Of a DNA stretch of 64,000 nt, positions 34,750 to 48,448 are shown piece after piece. A model generated the notes under the pieces. It had not been told where the DNA came from. It made no database searches and saw nothing but the letters and a program-made list of their open reading frames with translations. Position 1 is the first letter of the stretch, and each line of letters begins with the position of its first letter. The stretch covers positions 58,280,001 to 58,344,000 of the forward strand of contig OZ024742.1 of the NCBI GenBank assembly GCA_964016885.1, given 5' to 3'. The stretch is from Eledone cirrhosa. Its lineage: Eukaryota. The translations under genes were made by a program, and so were the position numbers.

Positions 34750-37206
34750 AGAACAACTGGAAGGACTTCAGGAACTCAGTCTATGAGGCTTCAGCAGAGG
34801 TCCTTGGCTTTGTCACAAGAAAACAAGGACTGGTTTGATGAGACTGACCAGGAGGTCAAGACTGCTAGACAGAAAACAAAAGGCACTTGATGCTGTTCTT
34901 AAAGGTGGTATCTCTGTTGGTGACAATTATGAGCGTTACAGACAGGTAAAGAAGGAAGTGCAGGTGAAACTCGGGGCTATGCAAAATACCTGGTGGAGCA
35001 ACAAAGCAGATGAAGTTCAAGTGGCATCTGACGGCAACAATGTGAAACTGCCGCACTTTCTACTCACAGAGGGGTATGGCCCTTTCAGCTCTCCAGTGGC
35101 CCCTTTGAGATCGAAAGATGGCAAGCAATTACTGCACTACCCAAAAGACACTCGACAGATAGAGAGATCACTTTGATGAGCTCTTAAACCAGCCATCCCA
35201 GGTTGATGATGATTTCATTTGTTCCATTCCTATTGAACCAGTGAAGCATATGAGATGGCTAATGTATCTTCTCTTGCAGAGGGGACTTCTGTTGTGCATA
35301 AGCTGAACTGTGGTAAGTCTCCTGGTCTGGATGGTCTGAGTGGAGCGGTTTTGAGTGTGGTGGTGAAAACTTCACGCAGCGCCTGACTGACCTCATGAAA
35401 ATGGTGTGGGAAGATGAGAATGTCCCACAAGAAGGATGCGCTCATGGTGATTCTCCATAAAGGAAAGGACGGCAAGGACAAATGTGGCAATTATCATGTC
35501 ATCCATTCTTTCAGTAGTTGGTAAAGTCGTGTCGAATATTGATGGATAGATTGATCCCATGAGTTGCTCTGAATGTGTTGCCTGAGTCGCAGTGTGGGTT
35601 CAGAAACGAAAGAGGAACAGTGGATATGATCGTTTCTGCTCGGCAGCTGCAAGAAAAGTGTATCGAACAATGTATGGACCTTTACCAGGTCTTTGTTGAC
35701 TTGACAAAGGCCTTTGACACTGTCAATCGAACTGCGTTGTGGGAAAAAAATCCAAGGTAGGGTAGAAGATTCTGCATCTTTTCCACGATGACATGAAGGC
35801 TTTGGTCAGTTTTCGTGGTAGCATCTCTGAACCAGGAGTGAAGCAGGGGGACATTCCGGCTCCAACTCTGTTTTCCTTATATTTTACGATAGTGTTTCTC
35901 ATGGCATTCAAATATTGTTCTCATGGGGTTTACATCAGGTATCGCACTTCAGGAAGGTTGTTCAACACCAGGTGCTTTGGTACAAGCACAAAGGTATTAA
36001 CATCTATAATCCGAGAGTTTTTGTATGCAGATGACTGCGATCTTTTTGCACACTCACAAAGTGACATGCAGATTATTAAGAACTCTTTTTCTGCAGCTTG
36101 CAGCACTTTGGGCGTCACAATAAGCTTGGAAAAGACTGTTGTGATGTATCAGCCAGTACCTGGAAACGAGTACACTGCACCAAGTGTGTACGTGTACGGA
36201 AAGAGGCTAAAAGTTGCTGACAAGTTTGTTTACCTTGGTAGTACGTTGAACACTTCATGCACACATGATAATGAAATATCCTTAAGAATCAAGAAAGCCA
36301 GTGATGCTTTTGGACGGCTGCATCAACGTTTATGGTCCAGACGAGGTATCACTATCGAAACCAAGGTGAAAGTGTATCTGACTTGTGTCGTCTCCTCTTT
36401 ACTTTGTTTGTGAAACGTGGGTCACATACAGAAAGCACCTCAAGGATCTGGAGAGATTTCACCAACAATCTCTTCATAAGTTACTTGGGGTGTGGTGTAA
36501 AATGTTCGCCAGTGATTTGGAAGTTCTAGAACGGAGCAGGTGCGTGACTATAGCGAGCATAATCTTTCGGTATCGGTTGAGGTGGTGCAGTCACGTGGTC
36601 CGGATGTCTGATGATCGTATTCCAAAACAACTTCTCTATGGAGAACTGTGTGAAGGAAGGCGACAACCACATAAACCAAAAAGGCGGTACCGGGACTGTA
36701 TCAGGGGCACCTTGGCTTGTGCTGGAATTTCATCTGACGAATGGGAGAAAATGGCTGACGAGCGTGTGAAGAGACGTTTGATCAAGTCAGGTGGTGAACA
36801 CTTTGAAACTCGTCGGAGAGAACACCTAACACTGAAAAGGAAGGTGAGGATTGAGACTGTTCTGAACTGCCTGCTGTTGAACATCATCTGGTTTGCCAGC
36901 ACTGTGGTCGAGTCATCCTGAGCAAAGCTGGTTTGATTAGACATGAACAAAGTCATATCAGTGGACCTCATGTAGATTATGATCTGAAAAGGTGTAAGAA
37001 ATGTACAAGCATGGGAGGTCTTAAAAGATACATGTGAACATACAGCCAGAACAAAGCAATGGAAGGTTTCGGGGGAGCCTAAAGTTGCCATGTGTGTGCC
37101 ATAGGGTGCAAGTATTTGGCTGGTTTAAAGAGTCACATTTGTGCTTCACATTTTTGAACATTTTATCGGGCGATGGCAATACTTGAACACGAGTTTGCAG
37201 CCATCA
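34750..37206 (+). mobile_element. Degraded BovB-like RTE LINE
   Basis: LPESQCGFR..RGTVDM...RQLQEKC.EQ...FVDLTKAFDTVNR; GVKQG..APTLF; YADD; F.YLGS; RLRW..HVVRM.D.RIPKQLLYGEL. Confidence 0.9.
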
Positions 37207-37219
37207 TGTATGTATGTAT

Positions 37220-37770
37220 GTCGGATGACTCTTGAGTGCTATTGGTAACATGTAACCCAGTACAACCTGTCGCATGGTCGGGTCGTCGGCGACTAAACCG
37301 GCAACCCCACCAAGTTTACTTGGTGAGGAGGGTGATTTTGGACACCCTGCAGGACAAAAAACAAAACCTGACAAAGGGCGGAAGATCTCATAAGAGTCAA
37401 CGGCCATCCAAAAGTGTGTAAATATGTATATAAACATGTACATATGTATGTATATGTGTATATACATGGGTGCATGTGTATGTACATGTGCGGGGACATT
37501 GAAATAATCGGGCTGGACACCCGATCGCGCGGTTAAACCACTGGGAGTGAAGGACCCCTAGCCTTTGTCAGGGCATTCTTCTAGGAGAAGGCAACCCAGG
37601 AAACTGGGATAACTCCGATATAAAACCTGTGGCTCAGTAACCGATGATGTTGATATTGTCTTCTTTTCGGGTTATAGCTACTGTCTCTCAGAGAGTGGGA
37701 TTGGCTCAGTGCACAGTCTTTCCTCACTTTAAAATATATCTTCATGCACAGGTATTTGCACGATAGAATT
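37220..37770 (+). mobile_element. Diverged relative of the 34119 element, split by a microsatellite
   Basis: cccagtacaacctgtcgcatggtcgggtcgtcggcgactaaaccggcaaccccacc; gacccctagcctttgtc. Confidence 0.7.
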
Positions 37771-37904
37771 AATTAATAATTATTAATAATGGTATATTGT
37801 GCAATGGCCATACTCGATAACGAGGGGGAAGCCATCATGTATGCATGCATGCATGTATGTCTGTGTGTTTGAGTGTGTGTGTATATATATGTGTGTGTGC
37901 GTGC

Positions 37905-37949
<45 letters not shown>

Positions 37950-38109
37950 CATGTGGGTGTGTATATATGTATCTCCACATACATATTTATTCAGCTGATA
38001 TAGGCTGGATTGGTTGGAATATTCTGACGCGAATTCTTTCTGCTCTGTTAAATCGAAACAAATCTTGACTTTTTATTTGAGGTTTTATAAGAGACCGGGA
38101 GACCATGTT

Positions 38110-38730
38110 GATACTATGAAGGCCATTTGTCCTAAGCCACCTGGACTATTGCTCCCAGCTGTGGTCACCCCATAGTATCAAACTAACCACGGAACTTGAG
38201 ACAATCCAACGAAGCTACACCAAGAGGATTGCACGATGAAGGAGATGAGCTACTGGGAGAGGCTAAAAGAACTGAAACTCTACTCCTTGGAACGAAGATG
38301 GGAGAGATATGCAGTGATATACATATGGAAAATCCTGGAACGACTAGCGCCAAACTTTAGTATTGAGAGCGGGACCAACCCCCGAACAGGACGTCACCGT
38401 GTGGTGACAAAGGTCCCGTCTTCCACATCTAGAACAAGAAGCAGATATTGCAATAGACTGGGGTTCAAAGGCCCTCAACTCTTCAACAAACTGCCAAGGG
38501 ATTTGAGAGATCTACATGGTGTGGCCGTGGATATTTTCAAGAAACTTCTCGACACCCTGTTATCCAGGATCCCGGATGAGCCCACATCATGGTACGAAGG
38601 TAACCCAAGGGCAGCAGCAACGAACTCCCTCTTACATCAATGGCCAGCCAACACAGGCTGGAGATAGAATGTGTAGCAACAAGGGCAGTGCCCAATCATG
38701 GTCTCAGCCGGATGGCTGGAACAGCTAAAA
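38110..38730 (+). mobile_element. CR1/Crack-group LINE 3' part
   Basis: HLDYCSQLWSP...MSYWERLKELKLYSLERR.ERY..IYIWKIL...GPQLFNKLP; second fragment on the minus strand at 45620-45955. Confidence 0.8.
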
Positions 38731-38760
38731 GAGTATATATATATATTTAATATAGAAATG

Positions 38761-38810
38761 GCTTCAACAGGACTAGAACTGTTTCATTTGGAGGAAATCA
38801 TCAGAAAAGC
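38761..38810 (-). ncRNA. Degenerate type I hammerhead motif
   Basis: gctttt-CUGAUGA-tttcctccaaat-GAAA-cag ttctagtc ctg-UU-gaagc; weak stem II; adjacent to (TA)n. Confidence 0.4.
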
Positions 38811-39039
38811 TGACTGTCAATGTAATATGGTGGTATTTTCTGGTGGTAGGGGAGGGTAGTAAATTGATGCTAAGTAGACAAACACATACACACTGACAGG
38901 CACTCCTAATTTTCAAGATTCATTTATTCCAAACAAAGGGTTTTCATTGAGTGGCAATATTAAAATGCTCTGCTAAAAGATATAAATATGTGTGTGTGTT
39001 TGTGTATATATATATATATATGTGCGTGTGTGTTTGGGT

Positions 39040-39682
39040 GTCATCATCATCATCATCGTTTAACGTCTGTGTTCCACGCTTGCATGGGTTTGGACGGGAG
39101 TTTTCCCACTTGAGGCAAGAGTGGTTGTCTTGCTCGCATAGGACTGTCTGGCAGGTTTTCTACAGCTGGATGCCCTTCCTAACACCAACCACATTTACAG
39201 TGTGGGGCTGGGAGGTTTTTACCGTGTTGCCTACACGGCCACATTACAGCGTGGACTGTCTGGCAGGTTTTCTACAGCTGGATGCCCTTTCTAACACCAA
39301 CCACATTTACAGTGTGGGACTGGGAGGTTTTTACCGTGTTGCCTACACGGTCACATTACAGCGTGGACTGTGTTTTTTTTGTCATGACACCTACACGATC
39401 TCATTTGTTTCGGCCTCGATTTTGTGGCACCAACATAACATTACATTGAAAGGGGCGGTGTGGATGGGGTGGGGGTGGTGGGACAGGGGGTGTATTTTGT
39501 TAGAGATGCCTACTGACTGTAGTAGGTTTTACTTTGTACTTAAGTAAGGCGGGTCTTCTCTATTACTGTATAGCGCCAAAGCTCTCGGTCCAGTGACATT
39601 GTCTTGGAGAGGTGTAAGTGTGTGAGGTCGGAATTTAGCAGCTCGTCCCAGGTTTTTCTGGGTCTGCCTACTCCGTGGCTAC
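39040..39682 (-). mobile_element. RTE family B 3' fragment with an internal duplication in the 3' UTR
   Basis: Matches 20449-20980; the ggactgtctggcagg...acattacagcgt block occurs twice. Confidence 0.88.
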
Positions 39683-39780
39683 TGTACTTTCACTACTGTA
39701 TGTGTGTGTGTTCGCTATATATGTGTGTGTGTTTGTGTATATATGTATATATATATATATATATATATACATATATATAT

Positions 39781-40943
39781 GAGAGACGTAAAATAAGAAA
39801 ATTATAAAATTAACTTACTTAAATTTCACTCCCAACTAATTAGTTTCTGAAAGGGATTAAACGTACTATCCGAAGAGAGCACGGAGAAGCCTTTCGTCAT
39901 CAGGGAAGTCTATTCTCAGCTAAGTTTCCAGGCAATACGTGAACACAGGGAACTTATACAAAAATAATTCAGTGGATGGAAAAAGCAAAGCGAGGACTAA
40001 TTCCAAGCCATTGATAAAATCACTGCCTACTGTGTCGGTGGCAAATTCAAAAGAATCAATCACGTGACATCGAAGTCAATCAGTGGATAGTGGTTTGTTA
40101 GTAAGACAGCAGCCGTACTGTTACCATAGCAGCAGTTTTGGAGATAATTATAAAGAATTAGTATATCTAGTAACATATATATACACAGATGCATACTTAT
40201 GTTAGCAAATATATAGGTTTTGTCTTAGTAACTATGTGGTTCAATGCATGGGGTTGCAGAACAATAATATGAGAGACGTAAAATAAGAAAATTATAAAAT
40301 TAACTTACTTACTTAAATTTCACTCCCAACTAATTAGTTTCTGAAAGGGATTAAACGTACTATCCGAAGAGAGCACGGAGAAGCCTTTCGTCATCAGGGA
40401 AGTCTATTCTCAGCTAAGTTTCCAGGCAAAACGTGGACACAGGGAACTTATACAAAAATATTTGTCGAGCAAAAATGGCCAAAACTGCTGCTATGGTAAC
40501 AGTACGGCTGCTGTCTTACTAACAAACCACTATCTACTGATTGATTCTTTTGAATTTGCCACCGACGCAGTAGGCAGTGGTTTTATCAATGGCTTGGAAT
40601 TAGTCCTCGCTTTGCTTTTTCCATCCACTGAATTATTTTTGTATAAGTTCCCTGTGTCCACGTATTGCCTGGAAACTTAGCTGAGAATAGACTTCCCTGA
40701 TGATGAAAGGCTTCTCCGTGCTCTCTTCGGATAGTACGTTTAATCCCTTTCAGAAACTAATTAGTTGGGAGTGAAATTTAAGTAAGTAAGTTAATTTTAT
40801 AATTTTCTTATTTTACGTCTCTCATATTATTGTTCTGCAACCCCGTGCATTGAACCACATAGTTACTAAGACAAAACCTATATATTTGCTAACATAAGTA
40901 TGCATCTGTGTATATATATGTTACTAGATATACTAATTCTTTA
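39781..40943. mobile_element. Retrozyme-like HHR element: ~1.4 tandem units on minus (494-bp period) joined to an inverted plus-strand unit
   Basis: HHRs at 39828-39909(-), 40322-40403(-) and 40691-40772(+); junction ~40460; TA flanks. Confidence 0.88.
40691..40772 (+). ncRNA. Type I hammerhead ribozyme (mirror copies at 39828-39909 and 40322-40403)
   Basis: acttcc-CUGAUGA-tgaaagg[..]cctttca-GAAA-ctaattag-UU-gggagt. Confidence 0.88.
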
Positions 40944-40960
40944 TATATATATATATATAT

Positions 40961-43286
40961 AAGACCACAAGCAGGAGGAGAGTGACTTGGTGGTGGAACA
41001 ATAAGGTAGATGAGGCAGTTAAGGCCAAGAGACAGGCATGGAAAGAATTGAAGAATGGGGGAACAGGGTACATTACATAGAGACCAAGAGGGAAGCTAGG
41101 TGACAAGTATACTTAGCAGAGGACAGAAAATTCAAGCATGTTTTGCAACGAGAGGACCAGAAACAGGAGGTGTTCAAGATTGCGAGGCAGTGTCAGAGAG
41201 AATTGTGATGTCATTGGAGAGAAGTGTATCCGGAATGATAAAGGTGAGCTTGCCCTCACAAGTGCTGAGAAGAAAGATACATGGAAGAGTCATTATGATA
41301 GATTACTAAATGAGGAGAATGCATGGGAAGAAGAGACCCTACCCCAAGTAGACCCTATAGAGGGGCCAGCAGTTCAAGTCAGCAGCAGCATAGTAAGTAA
41401 GGCAATCAAAGATATGAAGATGGGGAAGGCAACTGGTCCATCGGGTATAGCTGCCGAGATGCTGAAGGCATCTGGGTCTGTAGGTCACACTATAACCACA
41501 CGTATTGTTAACCAGGTAATACTAGAAGGTGTCATACCAAACGATTGGTGCAGTAGCATCATTGTCAACTGCTACAAAGGTAAAGGTGATGCACTCGATA
41601 GAGGAAACTATAGAGGTATAAAGCTGATGGACCAGGTCATGAAAGTAACAGAAAGAGTTATAGCACAGTTGATTAGGGACCGGGTGAAACTAGATGAAAT
41701 GCAATTTGGGTTTGTACCAGGAAGAGGCACCACTGATGCGCTCTTCCTTGTGAGGCAGTTACAGGAAAAAAACCTAGCTAAAAGTAAGCCACTCTACCTG
41801 GCATTCGTCGATCTCAAGAAAGCCTTTGACAGAGTTCCACGTACTGTAATCTGGTGGGCTCTTAGAAAACTAGGAGTAGATGAATGGCTTGTGAAAGCTG
41901 TACAAGCCATGTATAGGGGAGCAGTCAACAAAGTTAGGATTAGCGAGGAATTTAGCGTACAGGTTGGTGTCCACCAGGGCTCTGTTCTTAGCCCTCTCCT
42001 GTTCATCATAGTCCTGCAGGCAATAACGGAGGAGTTTAAGACCAGATGCCCATGGGAACTCCTGTATGCTGATGACCTCGCACTTATAGCTGAATCTATG
42101 GTAGAACTAGAGAAGAAATTCCAAATTTGGAAGCAGGGACTAGAAAGAAAGGGTCTCAAAGTCAACATGACAAAGACTAAGGTCCTTGTAAGTAGACGAG
42201 AAAACAGAACCCAGATCCCCTCAGGGAAATGGCCTTGCTCAGTATGTAGGAAAGGTGTAGGTAGGAACTCCATTCTCTGCCCCAAATGCAAACAATGGGT
42301 ACACAAGAGATGTAGCGGGATCTCAGGAAGCTTAATTAAGAATGTAGGCTTCACATGCAGCAGCTGTACTGGGACAGCAAACAGCAAACAACCACAGGAA
42401 ACAAGTACCACCAATCTCTGGGAGGGCTCTGTAGAGACAGTAGACAGCTTCTGCTACCTAGGTGACCGAATTAGCAGCGGAGATGGGTGTTCAGAAAGTA
42501 CAATAACTAGGGTAAGAACGGGATGGAAGAAGTTCAGGGAACTACTGCCACTGCTAGCTGCAAAAGGCTTCTCCCTCAAAATGAAAGGCAGACTGTATGA
42601 TGCATGTATCCGAACAGCAATGTTACATGGTAGTGAGACCTGGGCACTGAAGGTGGAAGACTTACGTAGATTAGAGAGAAACGAAGCCTGCATGCTCTGA
42701 TGGATGTGTAATAGTAATATACGCGACCGACAAAGCATAAATGAATTGAGAGAGAGACTGAGCATAAGAGGAATCAAATGCTGTGTGCAGGAGAGGCGGT
42801 TGCGTTGGTATGGACATGTGATGCGTATGAAGGATGACAGCTGCATAAAAAGGTGCAGAGCATAGAAGTCGATGGAAACCGCGGAGTGGGGAGACCTAAG
42901 ATGACCTGGGATGAGGTGATAAAAGCCGACCTTACCCAATTACACCTCTCAAAGGCGATGACACATGACCGTGACCTCTGGCGTCACGCAGTAATACAGA
43001 GTACCCGACCTCCCATGGGTACAAGCTGAAGCATATAGACAATATGCCCCGACACCCTCCCACTGCAAGGTGGTCGTGCAGGTGCCACGGCAAAAAAGCA
43101 CCCAGCACTCACTGTAAATGAGGTTGGTGTTAGGAAGGGCATCCAGCTGTAGAAATCAAGCCAAATCAGTTCCTGTATGAGCAAGGCATGGTCAGCCGAC
43201 CAGACACTGCCCACAACAGGACAACCCGTCTAACTCATGCTAGTGTGGAAGAACGGACGTAAAACGGTGATGATGATGATGATGAT
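40961..43286 (+). mobile_element. RTE family A, 5'-truncated
   Basis: 520-aa RT-PHD ORF 41138-42700; family A 3' UTR with (GAT)n. Confidence 0.95.
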
Positions 43287-43306
43287 ATATATGTGTGTGT
43301 GTGTGC

Positions 43307-44143
43307 AAATTTCAATAATATTAAGACACCCTAATGGGGGTTAAACGCCCTATAGTGAAAAGTTTGGCCAATAAATGGAACAAGATTTTACGAACTCCTC
43401 CTATGGTTTTGGAGATAGACCCCATAACCATATATATTCTGAAACTACATTGCCCAAGGTACTTGTATAAGTATATTTCATTTTAATCAAAGGGTTCATC
43501 GGAGGCACAAAACCGCCGCTGAAACTTTACCTTCGATTTATATGAAATTTAAACCATAGGTAAATGACAAGATATGATGCCTATTCACAAAATTCCAGCA
43601 AATTTCAATAAAATTAAAATACCCTAATGGGGGTTAAACCCCATATTAGGGTTCACCAGGGGGCACAAAATCCCCGCTGAAAATTTTTTCGGTTCGATTT
43701 ATATGCAATTTAAACCATAGATAAATGAAGAGATATGATGCCTATTCACAAAATTTCAATACTATAAGACACCTTAATGGTGGTTAAACCCCCTATTAGG
43801 GTTCCCCGGGGGTACAAACCCCCGCTGAAAACTTCTCCCTTTCGATTTATATGAAATTTAAACCATAGGTAAATGACAAGATATGATGCCTATTCACAAA
43901 AGTTTTCAATTGATATTTTGAAAAAAATTATTTACAAGAAACAAAATAAGAATAAGATTTAATAATTCAATTTTGATTTGATATATTACAAAAAATGATG
44001 TTTTCCAATTTTTCATGCATTATATTTTACATTGAGTAATATTGAGTTTTTCTCCATAAATTATATCACTCATTTAAAATCAATCATCATTTTCTTACAA
44101 AAAAAATGTGTGAAACGCAACAAGGCGCTGGTAATTCGGCTAG
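43307..44143 (+). mobile_element. Helitron-like non-autonomous 3' fragment with ~150-bp internal tandem repeats
   Basis: Three units of agggtt...ccgctgaaa...ttcgatttatatg..atttaaaccatag..tgatgcctattcacaaaa; ends gcaacaaggcgctggtaattcggCTAG|t. Confidence 0.55.
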
Positions 44144-44167
44144 TATATATATATATATGTGTGTGTG

Positions 44168-45150
44168 TGTGTGCTCATTATGTAGGAGAGGTGTAGGTAG
44201 AAACTCCATCCTCTGCTCCATATGCAAACTATGGGTACACAAGAGATGTAGTGGGATCTCAGGAAGTTTAGTTAAGAATGTAGGCTTTACATGTAGCAGC
44301 TGCACCAGGACAGTAAGCAGCAAACAATCACTGAAAACAAGTGACATCAAAGTCTGGGAGGACTTGGTAAAAACAATACCGAATTAGCAGCGGAGGGGGG
44401 GGGGGGGTGTTCTGAAAGAACGGGATGGAAGAAGTTGAGGGAGCTACTGCCACTGCTGGATACAAAAGGCTTTTCTCTCAGAATAAAAGGTAGACTGTAT
44501 GATGTGTGCATATGAACGGCAATGTTGCATGGTAGTGAGAGCTGGGCGCTGTGTGTAGAAGACTTGCGTAGATTAGAAAGGAATGAAGCTTGTATGCTCC
44601 GATGGATGTGTAATAGTAATATACGCGAACAGCAAACCATAAACAAACTGAAAGAGAAACTAGGCATAAGAGGAATCAAATGTGCAGTAGAGGAGATTAT
44701 GTTGGTATGGACATGTGATTCGTATGAAGGATGACAGCTACATAAAGTCCCAGAAAGACTTGAGATGAAGTGATAAAAGCCGACCTTGCCCAATTGCACC
44801 TCTGAAAGGCAATGACACAGGACCAAGATCTCTGGCGTTATGAGGTAATACAGAAACCCCAACTTCCCACGGGCCCAGGCCAAGGCTGAAACATACATAC
44901 AGTATGCACCACTCCATCCCACCCGCCAATATATCTTTCATGAGGACAGGCCGAAACACTGTAAAGTGGTCGTGATGGTGACACGGTAAAAAACACCCAG
45001 TCCACACTGTAAAGTAGTCGTGGAGGAATCACAACAAAAAACACCCAGTACTCACTGTAAATGAGCTTGGCATTAGGAAGGGCATCCAGCTGTAGAAACC
45101 AAGCCCAAATCAGTTCTTTATGAGCAAGACATGGTCACCTGACCTAACAT
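44168..45150 (+). mobile_element. Degraded RTE family A-like 3' fragment
   Basis: PHD finger and C-terminal fragments with many frameshifts. Confidence 0.85.
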
Positions 45151-45165
45151 TGCCAACAATAGAAG

Positions 45166-46315
45166 GCACATGGCTCAGTGGTTAGAGCATTGGGCTTGCA
45201 ATTGAAAGGTTGTGAGTTTAATTCTCGGACCGGATGATGTGTTGTTTCCTTGAGCAAGACACTTTATTTCACATTGCTCCAGTTTACTCAGCTGTAGAAA
45301 TGAGATGATAGGACTGGGGTCCCTATCATTCCACTGCAAAGTGGTCGTGGAGGTGCCACGGCAAAAAAAAAAAAAAAAAAAAAGCACCCAGCACTCACTG
45401 TAAATGAAGTTGGTGTTAGGAAGGGCATCCAGCTGTAGAACTCAAGACAGAATCAGTTCCCGTATGAGCAAGACAAGGTCAGCCGACCGGACACTGTTCA
45501 CAACAGGACAACCCATGCTAGCGTAGAAGAACTGACATAAAATGATGATGATGAAATATAACAGAGTTTTATAGCTTACTTGAAGCATTGATGAATAGGA
45601 AACACAAATTTAAATTTTGAAAACCAAGTTGAGGGCCTTTGAACCCCAGGCTATTGCAATAGCTGCTCCTGATTCTAGATGTGGAAGACGGGACCTTTGG
45701 TACCACACAGTGACATCCTGTTCGAGAATTGGTCCAGCTCTCGATGCGAAAGTTTGGTCTTAGTCCCCCAGGATTTTCCATATGTATATCATTGCATATC
45801 TCTCCCATCTTCAATCCGAGGAGTAGAGTTTCAGTTCTTTTAGACTCTCCCAGTAGTTTATCTCCATCGTGGCAACCTTCTTGGTGTAGCTTCATTGGAA
45901 TACTTCAAGCTCCATGGTTAGTTTGATACTATGGGGTGACCACAGCTGGGAGCACACATCATTTCATTTTACGTCCACTTTTTCCCTGCTTGCAAGGGTG
46001 GGACGGGAACTGATTCTGGTTTGATTTCTACAGCTGGATGCCCTTCCTAACACCAACCTCATTTACAGTGAGTGCTGGGTGCTTTTTTCCCGCTGCACCG
46101 CCACATCCACTTTACAGTGTGGGCTGGGTGCTTTTTTGCCGTGGAACCTCCACGACCACTTTGCAGTGGAATGATAGGGACCCCCAGTCCTATCATCTCA
46201 TTTCTACAGCTGAGTAAACTGGAGCAATGTGAAATAAAGTGTCTTGGTCAAGGAAACAACACATCATCCGGTCTGAGAATTGAACTCACAACCTTTCGAT
46301 TGCAAGGCCAATACT
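45166..46315. mobile_element. Inverted pair of composite SINEs (tRNA head + RTE tail) flanking a CR1 fragment
   Basis: 45166-45552(+) and ~45965-46315(-) are reverse complements in large part. Confidence 0.7.
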
Positions 46316-46345
46316 CTCAATATGTATATATAGATATACACACAT

Positions 46346-46414
<69 letters not shown>

Positions 46415-46605
46415 CATACATATATGGAAAGTTATATTTAAATTGTTGGGTTACAACTAGTAAATATTTATAACTGATATAAAAGCACTCGACAAGTATT
46501 TGGAGTATATTTACAATATTAAATAAATGGAAACTATATTTATAAAACCATATTCAATCTGAAAATATTGAAGAGATAAGACACAACTATATTTATAAAA
46601 CCATA

Positions 46606-48448
46606 TTCAATCTGAAAATATTGAAGAGATAAGACACTTTGCCATTCTTCTCTGCTAAAATGTACCACTAGAGCTGATTCAAATTTTCCCAGCCAGCCAT
46701 CCACCTAATCTACGAAGGTATTTTAGCCTACATATTGTCGTTAATATTATGATGTTCCCTGCTGTATTAGCGTTAAATTTTCCCTGCTGTATTAGCGATA
46801 AATTTTCGAGGGTTTCTCTTAGTAGCTTTTTCATGTCGTTAATATTATGATGTTCCCTGCTGTATTAGCGTTAAATTTTCCCTGCTGTATTAGCGATAAA
46901 TTTTCGAGGGTTTCTCTTAGTAGCTTTTTTCATGACGTTATTATTGTTAATTTTACTGATGTAGTATTAACTTATTAACTTGGATATTTACCATGCGGTA
47001 TTCTAATCCTATTGTATCTCTCTCAGTTCCTACCCCCCCCCCCCCCCTCTATGCACTTCTTTAAGGCTTACTACCCTGTCTTTAACCTAATTCATTCAAT
47101 CTGAAAATATTGAAGAGATAAGACACTTTGCCATTCTTCTCTGCTAAAATGTACCACTAGAGCTGATTCAAATTTTCCCAGCCAGCCATCCACCTAATCT
47201 ACGAAGGTATTTTAGCCTACATATTGTCGTTAATATTATGATGTTCCCTGCTGTATTAGCGTTAAATTTTCCCTGCTGTATTAGCGATAAATTTTCGAGG
47301 GTTTCTCTTAGTAGCTTTTTCATGTCGTTAATATTATGATGTTCCCTGCTGTATTAGCGTTAAATTTTCCCTGCTGTATTAGCGATAAATTTTCGAGGGT
47401 TTCTCTTAGTAGCTTTTTTCATGACGTTATTATTGTTAATTTTACTGATGTAGTATTAACTTATTAACTTGGATATTTACCATGCGGTATTCTAATCCTA
47501 TTGTATCTCTCTCAGTTCCTACCCCCCCCCCCCTCTATGCACTTCTTTAAGGCTTACTACCCTGTCTTTAACCTAATTCATTCAATCTGAAAATATTGAA
47601 GAGATAAGACACTTTGCCATTCTTCTCTGCTAAAATGTACCACTAGAGCTGATTCAAATTTTCCCAGCCAGCCATCCACCTAATCTACGAAGGTATTTTA
47701 GCCTACATATTGTCGTTAATATTATGATGTTCCCTGCTGTATTAGCGTTAAATTTTCCCTGCTGTATTAGCGATAAATTTTCGAGGGTTTCTCTTAGTAG
47801 CTTTTTCATGTCGTTAATATTATGATGTTCCCTGCTGTATTAGCGTTAAATTTTCCCTGCTGTATTAGCGATAAATTTTCGAGGGTTTCTCTTAGTAGCT
47901 TTTTTCATGACGTTATTATTGTTAATTTTACTGATGTAGTATTAACTTATTAACTTGGATATTTACCATGCGGTATTCTAATCCTATTGTATCTCTCTCA
48001 GTTCCTACCCCCCCCCCCTCTATGCACTTCTTTAAGGCTTACTACCCTGTCTGTAACCTAATTCATTCAATCTGAAAATATTGAAGAGATAAGACACTTT
48101 GCCATTCTTCTCTGCTAAAATGTACCACTAGAGCTGATTCAAATTTTCCCAGCCAGCCATCCACCTAATCTACGAAGGTATTTTAGCCTACATATTATCG
48201 TTAATATTATGATGTTCCCTGCTGTATTAGCGTTAAATTTTCCCTGCTGTATTAGCGATAAATTTTCGAGGGTTTCTCTTAGTAGCTTTTTCATGTCGTT
48301 AATATTATGATGTTCCCTGCTGTATTAGCGTTAAATTTTCCCTGCTGTATTAGCGATAAATTTTCGAGGGTTTCTCTTAGTAGCTTTTTTCATGACGTTA
48401 TTATTGTTAATTTTACTGATGTAGTATTAACTTGGATATTTACCATGC
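46606..48448 (+). repeat. Tandem ~486-bp monomers (3.8 copies) forming the 5' end of the intact RTE
   Basis: Unit starts ttcaatctgaaaatattg at 46606, 47095, 47581 and 48066; each unit has a ~98-bp internal duplication containing a ~25-bp duplication. Confidence 0.92.
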
